Shown: positions 20,896-30,362, numbered from the stretch's first letter. The stretch: DNA of 64,000 bases from Faecalibacterium prausnitzii (GCA_963603165.1 CAVCLY010000001.1:1860-65859), one strand, 5' to 3'. Numbers and translations: made by a program. The notes: a model not told the origin generated them from the letters alone.

Positions 20896-21783
20896 TTAGG
20901 CGAGGTAGCCCGCCGCCTCGTTCATGTTGCCCTTGCCGTAGGGGCGCGCGGCGGTCTCGAGATGTCGGACGCCGAGTTCGGCGAGCTCGAATTGCAGGTT
21001 TGCCGGGAGTTCCACCTGTCCGCTCTCGAGCTTTGCGCCGCCAAGCTCTGCGAGGCGCTCGAGCTCGGCTGCCCCAGCCTCGATGACGAGCGTGCCGTGG
21101 ATGAGCCGTGCGCGCACCTGCATAAGGCCAAGATCGTGCAGCTTGTCCTCGACGGCGCGTGCGAGGTCGATCTTTGCGCGCGTAAGCGGCTCGCCGGTGG
21201 GAACGCGCGTGGCCAGGCAGGCACCCGACGGCATGTTCCAGGTGTCAAACCCCCATGCGCGCAGGAGCGCCCGCTCCTCGCCCTTGGTAAAGCCGACCTC
21301 CTTGAGGGGTGATCTGACACCGAGTTCCTCGACGGCGCGCATGCCGGGGCGGTAGTCGCCCACGTCGCTTGCGTTGTTGCCGTCGATCACCGTGGCAAAA
21401 CCGCGCTTGCGCGCCTCGTCCACGATGCGCGTAAAGCCGAGTTTTTTGCAGTGGTAGCAGCGGTCGGGGTCGTTTGCGGCCACGGTTGGGTTCTGCAGCT
21501 GGTCGACCTCGATCTCGAGCACGGCAAGGCCGCCGAGGTCGGCGTGGCCGGCGCGCTGTTCCGCGTGCTCGGCCGTAAGGTCGCGGAACGACCCCTGCTC
21601 CGCCGTGCCGATGAGCGGTGTGGTGAGATGCACGAGCAGCGTGTCGTCTGGCATGATGCGCTGGCAGACGGCGGCGAGGAAGGTGCTGTCGACTCCGCCC
21701 GAAAATCCGATGGCAACGCGTCCGTAAGACCTGAGTAGGTCTTGGAGTGCGTTGAGTTTTTGGGTGCTTGCGCTATCGGCCAT
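20896..21783 (-). CDS. larE: LarE-family ATP-dependent sulfur transferase
   Basis: FSGGVDST, NDPDRCYHCK, DGNNASDVGDYRPG, SPL, PSGACLATR, QVRAR; GAGGGAGG RBS. Confidence 0.88.
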   Translation of the reverse strand: MADSASTQKLNALQDLLRSYGRVAIGFSGGVDSTFLAAVCQRIMPDDTLLVHLTTPLIGTAEQGSFRDLTAEHAEQRAGHADLGGLAVLEIEVDQLQNPTVAANDPDRCYHCKKLGFTRIVDEARKRGFATVIDGNNASDVGDYRPGMRAVEELGVRSPLKEVGFTKGEERALLRAWGFDTWNMPSGACLATRVPTGEPLTRAKIDLARAVEDKLHDLGLMQVRARLIHGTLVIEAGAAELERLAELGGAKLESGQVELPANLQFELAELGVRHLETAARPYGKGNMNEAAGYLA

Positions 21784-21897
21784 GGTTCCTCCCTCGGTTT
21801 TCTGCCGCTCACTATACCAAGCGGCTTGCGTGCTCGCGCCGCGGGTGCAATCTGGCAAAATACAGGTGTTTGTGCTGAGCGCGTTGGAGGAGTGCCC

Positions 21898-22557
21898 ATG
21901 ATCAAGGTTGTGTTGTTCGATATGGACGGAACGCTCGTCGATACCGAGCGTTTGGGAATCAAGGCGTGGGACCAGGTTGCCATCGACCTCGGTATCAGCA
22001 TTCCGCACGAGGTGAGCAAGTCGTTCATCGGTCACAACAAAAAGGACGTCCTTGCGCTCTGCGCCGCGTGCGTGGGCTCGGAGGAGCTTGCGGTCGACGT
22101 GTACGATCGCCACGCGGCCTACGAGATCGAATGGGCGCCGACGGAGCTCGAGACCAAAGAGGGTGCGCACGAGTGCCTGCGCGAGCTTGCCGATGCCGGT
22201 TTTGAGCTCGGCCTGGTGACTTCCTCGCGTACCGAGACCGCGAAGCGCCGCTTGGGCCAGTTCGACCTGGAGCCGTATTTTAAGCTTCTGACCTGCGGCG
22301 AAGAGGCTGAGAACGGCAAACCGGCGCCCGATATCTACCTCAAGGCGGCCGAGAAGTTCGGCGTTGCCCCCGATGAGTGCGTGGTCGTGGAGGATTCCGT
22401 CAACGGCGCGCGCGCAGGCCTTGCGGCCGGCATGCAGGTCTTTGCGATCCCCGATATGGTTGTGCTGCCCGACGAGGTCAAGGATGCCTGCGCGGGCGTG
22501 CTCGACAGCCTGCTTGAGATTCCGGCGGCCGTTGCGGCGCTGAACGCGGCAGAGTAG
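21898..22557 (+). CDS. HAD-family phosphatase (beta-PGM/CbbY-like)
   Basis: FDMDGTLVDT, VTSS, KPAPDIY, VEDSVNG. Confidence 0.92.
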   Translation: MIKVVLFDMDGTLVDTERLGIKAWDQVAIDLGISIPHEVSKSFIGHNKKDVLALCAACVGSEELAVDVYDRHAAYEIEWAPTELETKEGAHECLRELADAGFELGLVTSSRTETAKRRLGQFDLEPYFKLLTCGEEAENGKPAPDIYLKAAEKFGVAPDECVVVEDSVNGARAGLAAGMQVFAIPDMVVLPDEVKDACAGVLDSLLEIPAAVAALNAAE

Positions 22558-22583
22558 AGCCGGATACCAGCCTGGATTGTGAT

Positions 22584-22623
22584 GCATCCCGTTTTCCGCT
22601 TGTGGGGAACGGGATGCCTTTTT
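22584..22623 (+). terminator. Intrinsic terminator after HAD gene
   Basis: GCATCCCGTTTTCC...GGGGAACGGGATGC plus T-run. Confidence 0.75.
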
Positions 22624-22780
22624 ATGCGCGATGATCCTTGGCACAGGTGCGGCACGGCGCGAGGATGAATCGCCTTTCGTTTCCTGGGCATTCGGCTGTG
22701 TCCCAGGCTTAGACGCCCTAAATCTAAGCGTCCAATTTAGAGTCCACACCCCTAAGTTCCTGAAAATCGGCTCTGTGAAC

Positions 22781-22925
22781 ATCGAACTCCCGAGAATGCA
22801 TGATTGATTTGCCAATCGGTGAGTAGAGGCGGGATTTCGAGAACGTTCAACTGGGAAAACGTCGATCGTCCCGGCCGGTCTGGTCGGCAAACCCAAAATC
22901 AATCGTGCATTCTCGGGAGTTCGGT
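22781..22925. repeat. 145-bp terminal-inverted-repeat element, copy 2
   Basis: ATCGAACTCCCGAGAATGCATGATTGATTT...AAATCAATCGTGCATTCTCGGGAGTTCGGT; same length as copy 1. Confidence 0.9.
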
Positions 22926-22961
22926 TGCGAACGGGCGGTTTTTCGCTGCTATCGCCCGTGG

Positions 22962-24083
22962 TTACAGGTATGCGCCCAGGTTGAGTTCGGGTGAGCGGCC
23001 GTCGATCTGTGTCACTCCAGCGGTGCTCGCGCGTTCGAGCAAGAAGGGGCGCACCAGTTCCTGGTGGTTGCCGGGCGCCGCGGTATCGGGCGCCGCCGGA
23101 ATGATGTTGCCGTGGATGCCCGTGGTGGTGCGGCCGGGCTTGGGGTCGTCGCCGTGCTCGATCTGCTCTATGAGCAGCTGCACGCCCTTGCGGCCGATCT
23201 CGTATCCGGGAGGCGCCACGGTGGTCATGGGCACAAAACCGCTCCAAGCGAGCGGGTTGCCGTCGCAGCCTGCTACGCGCACGTTCCCCGGCACGATCAG
23301 GCCGTTTTGCGAGAGCCCCGCGATGGCGCCGGCGGCGAGCACATCGGTTAGGCCGACCACAAAATCCGGTCGATTGTCCTTTGGGCGCGCGGCGAGCTGC
23401 GCGCCCAGGCTAAAGCCGTCGGCCGCGGTGTTCCACTCTCCTGCATCGATAATCTCGAGCTTGATGTCGGGGTGATGCGCAAGTGCCATGCTGATGCCCT
23501 TAACGCGCAGACTAAGCTGCATAAACGCTGCGCGACCGATCACGGCGACGTGCGTGGCACCGCACTGCACCGCATGCTCGGCGATGATGCGCCCTTGTGC
23601 CCTGTTGTCGGCGGCCACGTAGTAGCCCGGCAGCTCGCAGTGGATATCGAGATAGACCGTGGGGATGGGGGTGTTCCGCAGCGAGGGCGTCCAGTCGTCG
23701 CTCGCCATGGGCTGCACCAGCACACCCGACATCTGCGATCCCATAAAGTAGCGCAAGTAGTGGTCGGCCAAGATGTCGTCGTTATCGGCGTTGGCGACGA
23801 GCAAGTCATAGCCGTGCTTGCGTGCTTCGTTGTGCGCGCCGCTTGCGATCTGGAGCGAAAAACCGTGATCCAGACGCGGCAGCACGAGGCCGAACGCCTT
23901 GGTGTGGCCGCCAGCGAGCTGGCGGGCGCTTTGGTTGGGCAGGTAACCCAGGCGGTCGATGGTTTCGTTGATGAGCTTGAGCGTGTCGGGACGCACTTTC
24001 TCGGGATGATTGATCGCGTTCGAGACGGTGCCGAGTGAGACCCCCGCCTCGCGCGCCACATCGCTGATCTTGACTTTTGCCAT
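22962..24083 (-). CDS. LacI-family transcriptional regulator of the rhamnoside locus
   Basis: KISDVAREAGVSLGTVSNAIN HTH, LGYLPNQSARQL hinge, VAGCDG, MTTV; divergent from rhaB. Confidence 0.95.
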   Translation of the reverse strand: MAKVKISDVAREAGVSLGTVSNAINHPEKVRPDTLKLINETIDRLGYLPNQSARQLAGGHTKAFGLVLPRLDHGFSLQIASGAHNEARKHGYDLLVANADNDDILADHYLRYFMGSQMSGVLVQPMASDDWTPSLRNTPIPTVYLDIHCELPGYYVAADNRAQGRIIAEHAVQCGATHVAVIGRAAFMQLSLRVKGISMALAHHPDIKLEIIDAGEWNTAADGFSLGAQLAARPKDNRPDFVVGLTDVLAAGAIAGLSQNGLIVPGNVRVAGCDGNPLAWSGFVPMTTVAPPGYEIGRKGVQLLIEQIEHGDDPKPGRTTTGIHGNIIPAAPDTAAPGNHQELVRPFLLERASTAGVTQIDGRSPELNLGAYL

Positions 24084-24105
24084 GGCGACCTCCGGCGCGT
24101 AGGCG

Positions 24106-24123
24106 TTTGAAAACGTTTCAATT
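24106..24123 (-). promoter_or_regulatory. LacI operator (autoregulatory)
   Basis: AATTGAAACGTTTTCAAA on the minus strand, 22 nt upstream of the lacI start. Confidence 0.75.
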
Positions 24124-24363
24124 ATAGCAACGTGCGGGTCGAGGTTGCGTTTGGGAACGTATTTGGAACGTGCGGATGAGCGCAAGCGTCCGTGCTGTCG
24201 GCTATCTGTTCGGACGGCGTTTTCGGTCGGCAGCGAGCGCCCACGGCATCGGCTTTCAGCACGCGAACGGAGGCTGCTGAGGTGATGCGAGCCCTCTCCG
24301 TTGTGCCATGCCGTTCATCGGGGATTTTCTGCCGTTCGCGGACGACTCAATATCGTGTATTGA

Positions 24364-24416
24364 AATTAAAACGCTTCAAGCAATAATGAAAACTGTAATT
24401 GAAACGCTTCAAGCAA
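24364..24416 (+). promoter_or_regulatory. Tandem LacI operators over the rhaB promoter
   Basis: AATTAAAACGCTTCAAGCAA (24364-24383) and AATTGAAACGCTTCAAGCAA (24397-24416), 33 bp apart. Confidence 0.8.
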
Positions 24417-24426
24417 GGGGAGAGCA

Positions 24427-25914
24427 ATGGCGGGTCGTATCGAGTCAAAGCATTACGCAGCAGTCGACATCGGTGCATCCAGCGGTCGAGTGCTAGCCGG
24501 CTGGATCGAGGGCGGCAAGATGACCTACACCGAGGTTTATCGTTTCGACAACGAGCAACGCCGCGTGAACGGCCATGACTGCTGGGATGTCGAGGCGCTG
24601 TTCGAGCACGTGCTCGCCGGCCTCCGCGCCGTCAAGTCCGAGACGGGAACTGCCCCCGCAACGATCGGTATCGATACCTGGGGTGTCGACTTCGTGCTCC
24701 TCGACGACGACAACAAGATCGTCGGCGACACCGTCGCCTACCGCGACGCCCGCACCGAGGGTATCTACGAGCTCGCCGATCAGATCATGGACCCGGCCGA
24801 GGTCTACGCCAAGACCGGTATCCAGCGTCAGCCCTTCAATACCCTCTACCAGCTGCTCGCCCTTAAGAACGAGCATCCCGAACAGCTCGAGGTCGCTCGC
24901 ACGTTCCTTATGATCCCGGACTATCTCAACTGGCGTCTCACCGGCATCAAGGCCAACGAATACACCAACGCCAGCACCACCGGCATGCTCGACGCCCGCA
25001 CCTGCACGTGGGATCCCGAAATCCTTGAGGCCTTCGGTATCCCGCAGGGCATCTTCATGAGCCCGACGATGCCGGGCGCCGTCCTGGGTGAACTCTCGGC
25101 CGACGTCTCCGAGCGCATCGGCTACTCCGCGACCGTCATCCTGCCGGCCACGCATGACACCGGTTCCGCCTTCCTCGCCGTGCCGGCTCAGGACGACAAC
25201 GCCGTCTACATCTCGAGCGGCACTTGGAGCCTGCTCGGTGTTGAGAACAAGGAACCCATCACCAACGACGCCGCCCGCGACCAGAATTTCACCAACGAGG
25301 GCGGCTACCAGAAGCGCTACCGCTTCCTTAAGAACATCATGGGCCTGTGGATGAACCAGTCCGTCCGCCGCGAGGTCAACGGCGTCGACTACGTCGAGGG
25401 TAAGACCGACCACAAGGCGCTCATGGACCACAAGGTCGGGTTCGACGAGCTCCGCACGCTCTGCCGCGAGGCGGAGCCTTACGAGGCCTACGTCGATGTC
25501 GACGACGATCGCTTCCTTGCGCCCGATTCCATGATCGACGAGATCAAGGCCGCGTGCGCCGAGGGCGGCCAGCCGGTCCCCGAGACCATCGGCCAGATCA
25601 TGCGCACCAACTACTGCAGCCTTTCGCGCTCTTATAAGAAGGCGATTGCCGGCCTGGCCGAGCTCGCCGGGCACGACTACACGAGCATCAACATCGTGGG
25701 CGGCGGCTGCCAGGATTACTACCTCAACCAGATGACGGCCGATACCTGCGGGCTTCCTGTATTCGCCGGCCCCATCGAGGGCACCTGCATCGGCAACTTC
25801 ATCGTTCAGATGATCGCCGGCGGCGACTTGCATGATCTTGCCGACGCTCGCGCCTGCGTCGCCCGTAGCTTTAACGTCGAGCGCATCGACCCCAAGACCT
25901 CGGCTGACAAATAA
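24427..25914 (+). CDS. rhaB: Rhamnulokinase (FGGY family)
   Basis: AVDIGASSGR, GIDTWGVDF, YRDART, TGIQ..FNTLYQL, HDTGSA, ISSGTWSL, FTNEGG, LKNIMGLW. Confidence 0.92.
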   Translation: MAGRIESKHYAAVDIGASSGRVLAGWIEGGKMTYTEVYRFDNEQRRVNGHDCWDVEALFEHVLAGLRAVKSETGTAPATIGIDTWGVDFVLLDDDNKIVGDTVAYRDARTEGIYELADQIMDPAEVYAKTGIQRQPFNTLYQLLALKNEHPEQLEVARTFLMIPDYLNWRLTGIKANEYTNASTTGMLDARTCTWDPEILEAFGIPQGIFMSPTMPGAVLGELSADVSERIGYSATVILPATHDTGSAFLAVPAQDDNAVYISSGTWSLLGVENKEPITNDAARDQNFTNEGGYQKRYRFLKNIMGLWMNQSVRREVNGVDYVEGKTDHKALMDHKVGFDELRTLCREAEPYEAYVDVDDDRFLAPDSMIDEIKAACAEGGQPVPETIGQIMRTNYCSLSRSYKKAIAGLAELAGHDYTSINIVGGGCQDYYLNQMTADTCGLPVFAGPIEGTCIGNFIVQMIAGGDLHDLADARACVARSFNVERIDPKTSADK

Positions 25915-26138
25915 GCCGATGGACGGCGGTCGAGCGGGCCATCGGGCGCCCACGACGACCGACCGATTTCGATTACCCCCCAGCCCCGCAGACGGCCTTG
26001 ACTCCGCCACCTGCGAGCGGCTCTCTCCGATGGCACCGGCGCGGGCACCCTACACACCTATCCCGCGCCACGTGTCCCATCGGATTACATACCTAGTTGT
26101 TCATTGGGCCCGACGGGCCCCGGAGAGGAGAATGAAAC

Positions 26139-26969
26139 ATGGCAATGGAGGATCTGGAGTTCACTAAGGGATTCTGCAGGCTCTGCGACGACGGCTTCAA
26201 GCAGGGTTGGCATGAACGCAACGGCGGAAACCTCACCTACCGCATGACGGACGAAGAGGTCGCCGCGGCGAAGCCCTACTTCGAGGAGCCCCGCGAGTGG
26301 GTCAAGATGGGCGTTAAGGGCGAGAACCTCGCAGGCCAGTACTTTGTGAGCACCGGCTCGGGCAAGTACATGCGCAACGTCCTCGAGGATCCCTACCAGA
26401 ACATCGGCATCGTCGAGATCAACGAGACCGGTGACGCCTTCCGCATCGTTTGGGGTCTCGCCAACGGCGCGCGCCCGACGAGCGAGTTCGAGAGCCACTA
26501 CATGAATCACTGCGTGACCGCCGCCCGCACGAACGGCGCGAACCGCGTGATCTACCACGCGCACACCCCGGGCATTATCGAGATGTCCTTCATCGTGCCG
26601 CTCGAGGACCGCACCTTCACCCGCATCCTCTGGCAGATGATGACCGAGTGCGTCGTCGTGTTCCCGACCGGCGTGGGCGTCGTGCCCTGGATGGTCCCGG
26701 GCGGTCCGGCGATCGCCGAGGCGAGCTCCGAGCTCATGAAGACCTACGACACCATCGTCTGGGCGCATCACGGTCTCTTTGCCGCCGGCCCCGACTTCGA
26801 CACGACCTTTGGCCTGGCGCACACCGTCGAGAAGGCTGCCGAGATCTACCTGGCCGCCCGTGCCGCCAACGGCGGGTCGGACGACTTCCTCAACATGATC
26901 AGCGACCAGGGTCTCAAGGACACCTGCCGCGACTTCGGCATCAAGATCAACGAGGCCTTCGTCGACTAG
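26139..26969 (+). CDS. rhaD: Rhamnulose-1-phosphate aldolase
   Basis: GWHERNGGNL, TGSGKYMRN, PTSE, HAH zinc motif, WQMMTEC, PWMVPG, WAHHG, VEKAAEIY. Confidence 0.93.
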   Translation: MAMEDLEFTKGFCRLCDDGFKQGWHERNGGNLTYRMTDEEVAAAKPYFEEPREWVKMGVKGENLAGQYFVSTGSGKYMRNVLEDPYQNIGIVEINETGDAFRIVWGLANGARPTSEFESHYMNHCVTAARTNGANRVIYHAHTPGIIEMSFIVPLEDRTFTRILWQMMTECVVVFPTGVGVVPWMVPGGPAIAEASSELMKTYDTIVWAHHGLFAAGPDFDTTFGLAHTVEKAAEIYLAARAANGGSDDFLNMISDQGLKDTCRDFGIKINEAFVD

Positions 26970-27074
26970 CCGTTAGGGAAGACAAGGCGGCCTCGCTGCT
27001 GGGGAGCATATGGGGCCGCCTTGGAATCGCGCCGTCCAAACGGACGGCGGACACATCAATTGTAAGGAGAAATA

Positions 27075-28322
27075 ATGGGAAACACTCGTGAACGCCACGT
27101 GAATCCGTGGTGGGTCGCCGTCGTCTCGGGCATGGCCTCCTACATCGACTCCTGCGCGATCATCTCCTCGGGCACCGCCCTCGTCATCTACCAGACGACG
27201 TTCGGCCTCGACAACGCCCAGTTCGGCCTTATCTCCGCGGCCCTGACGTTCTGCATCGCCATCGGCTCCATCCTGGGCGGCAGCCTGGGCGACAAGTTCG
27301 GCCGCAAGCCCGTCTTCTCGGTCACCATGGCCATGCTGATCATCGGTGCTGTGACCATGATCTTCGCCACCACGTTCCCGCTCCTGCTGCTCGGTGAGGT
27401 CCTCATGGGCCTGGGCGTGGGCGCGGACCTGCCGGTCTCGCTCGCCACGATCGCCGAGGAAGCGCCCGATGACAAGCGCGGCAAGATGCTGCTCTTCTCC
27501 GACATCCTCTGGGTCGTGGGCATCGTCATCGCCCAGGGCATCGGCGCTCTCGTGGGCGATTGGGGCTACCTCGGCGGCCAGATCATGTTCACGCAGCTCG
27601 CCGTCGTCTCCATCATCGTGCTCGTCGCCCGTCAGACGATTCCCGAGTCCCCGGTTTGGATTCGCGCCCATGAGGACCTTCTCGCCGGCAAGGTGACCAA
27701 GGAGGCCCAGGGTAAGATCTCCGATCTGTTCAAGAACCCCTATGCCAAGCCGTTCATCGCCCTTGCCATCTTCTACATCGGCACCAACATCCCGGCGAAC
27801 TCGCTCGGCCAGTTCTCCACCTGGATCGGCGCCAACGTTGTGTCCCTGCCCATCTCCGTCGTGTCCACCATCGGCCTGATCTGCTACCCGATCCGTGCCA
27901 TCCTCGACTTCGTGTTCATGAAGTTCGTCGATACCGATAAGCGCATGCCGCTGTTCTACACGGGCGCCGCGCTCTACCTGCTCGGCTTCCTTATGTTCCC
28001 GATCTTCGGCGCCTCGACCTACACCTATGTGGCCACGCAGCTGCTCTACTGCATCGGCGCCGCCTTCGCCTTCGAGGGCATCCTCAAGGTCTGGATGCAG
28101 GAGTGCTTCCCGACGCTGCTCCGCACCACCGCAAACGGCGCCATCGTGTTCTCGTCGCGTTTCCTGTGCGCCGTCGCCGGCTCCTTCACCGCGACCTTCA
28201 TCGCGACCGCCGGCTACAAGGCTGCCTTCCTCGTCCTCTCGCTTCTCTGCGCCATCGGCTTCGTGGCGGCCATCTGGGCCTTCCACGGCAAGCGCTACAA
28301 CGCCTTCGAGGACGCCGAGTAG
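27075..28322 (+). CDS. MFS sugar transporter (IolF/RhaY-like)
   Basis: About 12 hydrophobic segments, GSLGDKFGRK motif A, GMASYID N-terminus, ECFPTLLRTT. Confidence 0.88.
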   Translation: MGNTRERHVNPWWVAVVSGMASYIDSCAIISSGTALVIYQTTFGLDNAQFGLISAALTFCIAIGSILGGSLGDKFGRKPVFSVTMAMLIIGAVTMIFATTFPLLLLGEVLMGLGVGADLPVSLATIAEEAPDDKRGKMLLFSDILWVVGIVIAQGIGALVGDWGYLGGQIMFTQLAVVSIIVLVARQTIPESPVWIRAHEDLLAGKVTKEAQGKISDLFKNPYAKPFIALAIFYIGTNIPANSLGQFSTWIGANVVSLPISVVSTIGLICYPIRAILDFVFMKFVDTDKRMPLFYTGAALYLLGFLMFPIFGASTYTYVATQLLYCIGAAFAFEGILKVWMQECFPTLLRTTANGAIVFSSRFLCAVAGSFTATFIATAGYKAAFLVLSLLCAIGFVAAIWAFHGKRYNAFEDAE

Positions 28323-28518
28323 TTGCTACCCCTTTCTGTACGCCGTCATGCTGCCGCGTCGTGAGCGCATGACGGGGGCGGATGGTCGCCCGCAAGGCCA
28401 TCTGCCCGTCTCTCGTGCAATCGCGGACGGGCGCGGCAGAGGTTTCTTTCTGTTGCGCTGATGGGATAAGGTCGCGCCCGCCCGCATGCATAAACCGTTT
28501 TCTTCTTTAGGAGGAATC

Positions 28519-29946
28519 ATGCTCGTCAACACCAAAGCCAAGGTCGGCGTCTTCGCCATCGCCCTGGGAGCCTATCTGCCCCAGTTCCCGCAGCTCGTTC
28601 CCAACTTCGAGGGTCAGTTCGAGGACTTCAAGAAGACCATCCCCGATACCGTCGAGCTCATCGACGGCGGTATCGTTACCACCAAGGAGCAGGCTCAGGA
28701 CACGGGCGACAAGTTCCGTGCCGAGGACGTTGACCTGGTCATCCTTCAGATGCTCACTTACGCCACCTCCTACAACGTGCTGCCGGTCGTCCGCGACCTC
28801 GACGTGCCCGTGGTCGTCGTCAACGTGCAGAAGAAGGCCCATCCCGACTACGAGCACACCGACATCCCCACGTGGCTCGGCGACCTCTACGCCTGCGGTG
28901 CCCCCGGCGAGGTCGTGGCCGATCTCAACCGTGCCGGCAAGCGCCATGCCGTCATCACCGGTGTTGTCGAGGGCGGCGATCCCGAGGTCGCCCGCCAGAT
29001 CGACGAGTGGTGCCGCGCCGCGAACGTCCGTCGCCGCCTGCGCCGCACGAATATCGCCCAGATCGGTCGTCCGTATCCCGGCATGATGGACCTCTATATC
29101 GACGAGACCAACCTCTACAACCGTCTGGGCCTCTACACCAAGCAGTTCGACTGGGAGAAGATGTGGGTCATCGCCGACAACATCGACGACCAGGCCGCGA
29201 TCGATGCCAAGGCCGCCGAGATCCTCGACACCTTCGATGTGGAGGGCGGTGCTGCTGTCTCCGACGAGCCCATCCAGGAGATGGCCAAGTACGTTATCGC
29301 CTTTGAGCAGTGGGTCAAGGACGAGCAGATCGGACTCGTCGCGAGCCACTACGACGGCTTTGCCCAGGGTGCGGCCGGCAAGCTCGACTCCATGCTCATC
29401 CCGGCGTTCTCCATGTTGATCAAGCAGGGCACCGCCTGCGCCGTCGAGGGAGATATGAAGGTTGCCGTCGCCATGAGCATCTTGAAGACGATCTCCGGCA
29501 CCGGTCAGCTCTCCGAGATGTACTCCATCGACTTTACGGATGACTGCGTGATCATCGGTCACTCCGGCTCCGGCGACGCCGACATCTCGACCGCCAAGAA
29601 GCCGACGCTCAAGGTCGTGCCCGTGTTCCACGGCAAGACCGGCGGCGGCTACCTCACCCAGTTCTATCCCGGCCATGGTCGCATCACCTATCTGGGTATC
29701 ACGCAGGACGGCGACGGCCACTTCAAGTTCGTCGTGGCCGAGGGCGAGAACATCGACGGCCCGATCTTCACCTTCGGTGACACCAATATGCACATGAAGT
29801 TCTCGATCGGCGCCCGCGAGTTCATGAACCGCTGGAACGAGTGCGGCCCGACGCACCACATGGCCGCGTGCCTGGGCAGCCAGACCGACACGATCCTCAA
29901 GGTCGCCAAGATTCTGAACGTTCCCTGCGAGGTCGTTTGCCGCTAA
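28519..29946 (+). CDS. L-fucose/L-arabinose isomerase-family protein
   Basis: CAVEGD, SEMY, IGHSG, GPTHH metal-ligand pattern of the FucI/AraA fold; AGGAGG RBS. Confidence 0.85.
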   Translation: MLVNTKAKVGVFAIALGAYLPQFPQLVPNFEGQFEDFKKTIPDTVELIDGGIVTTKEQAQDTGDKFRAEDVDLVILQMLTYATSYNVLPVVRDLDVPVVVVNVQKKAHPDYEHTDIPTWLGDLYACGAPGEVVADLNRAGKRHAVITGVVEGGDPEVARQIDEWCRAANVRRRLRRTNIAQIGRPYPGMMDLYIDETNLYNRLGLYTKQFDWEKMWVIADNIDDQAAIDAKAAEILDTFDVEGGAAVSDEPIQEMAKYVIAFEQWVKDEQIGLVASHYDGFAQGAAGKLDSMLIPAFSMLIKQGTACAVEGDMKVAVAMSILKTISGTGQLSEMYSIDFTDDCVIIGHSGSGDADISTAKKPTLKVVPVFHGKTGGGYLTQFYPGHGRITYLGITQDGDGHFKFVVAEGENIDGPIFTFGDTNMHMKFSIGAREFMNRWNECGPTHHMAACLGSQTDTILKVAKILNVPCEVVCR

Positions 29947-29971
29947 CGGTTCGAGTGCGTGTTTAAACATC

Positions 29972-30011
29972 GGCCGGCCGGGTTTCCGAACGGATGCCCG
30001 GCCGGCTTTTT
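29972..30011 (+). terminator. Intrinsic terminator ending the rhaB-isomerase unit
   Basis: GGCCGGCCGGG...CCCGGCCGGC plus T5. Confidence 0.8.
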
Positions 30012-30217
30012 GTGCTCGTGGTCTGTTATAAACGGCTGTTTTTAACATGCGGAGGGCAAAAGCGCCGTGGTCGCCGTTGTTGTCGAAGTTTCCGTAGCCA
30101 GCGTGCCCGCCGAAATCGTCGATATCGCTGTTGAGCCGAAGTTCCCGCTCGGCCGCAAGTTCGGATCTTGTTGCGGCATGACCGTTCACCGGCCCACTCG
30201 GGCCGTTTGCGGACAGG

Positions 30218-30232
30218 TTTGAAACGCTTCAG
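30218..30232 (+). promoter_or_regulatory. LacI operator overlapping the -35 of the PTS operon promoter
   Basis: TTTGAAACGCTTCAG, same core as the rhaB operators; TACTAT -10 at 30243-30248. Confidence 0.75.
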
Positions 30233-30288
30233 TTTCTTCAGATACTATATAGACAAAGAAAAGCTGCGCCGGAGACAAGGCGTCAGTG

Positions 30289-30362
30289 GGATTGTTATTC
30301 CAGATGGAAGCATGACCGGCAGGCAACGTGGACGCACGCTGTCTGTCGGTCTTTCTTGTTTT
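30289..30362 (+). promoter_or_regulatory. BglG/SacY-type RAT overlapping an intrinsic terminator
   Basis: GGATTGTTATTCCAGATGGAAGCATGACC (30289-30317) matches the RAT pattern GGATTGTTAC...GCAxxACC; its 3' end overlaps stem GACCGGCAGGCA/TGTCTGTCGGTC followed by TTTCTTGTTTT. Confidence 0.85.

Noticed and set aside
20896..23247. 783-aa ORF suggesting a large LarE fusion
   Set aside because: The upstream 490 codons overlap the HAD gene antisense, a repeat and the lacI end; an RBS-backed start at 21783 gives a normal-length LarE
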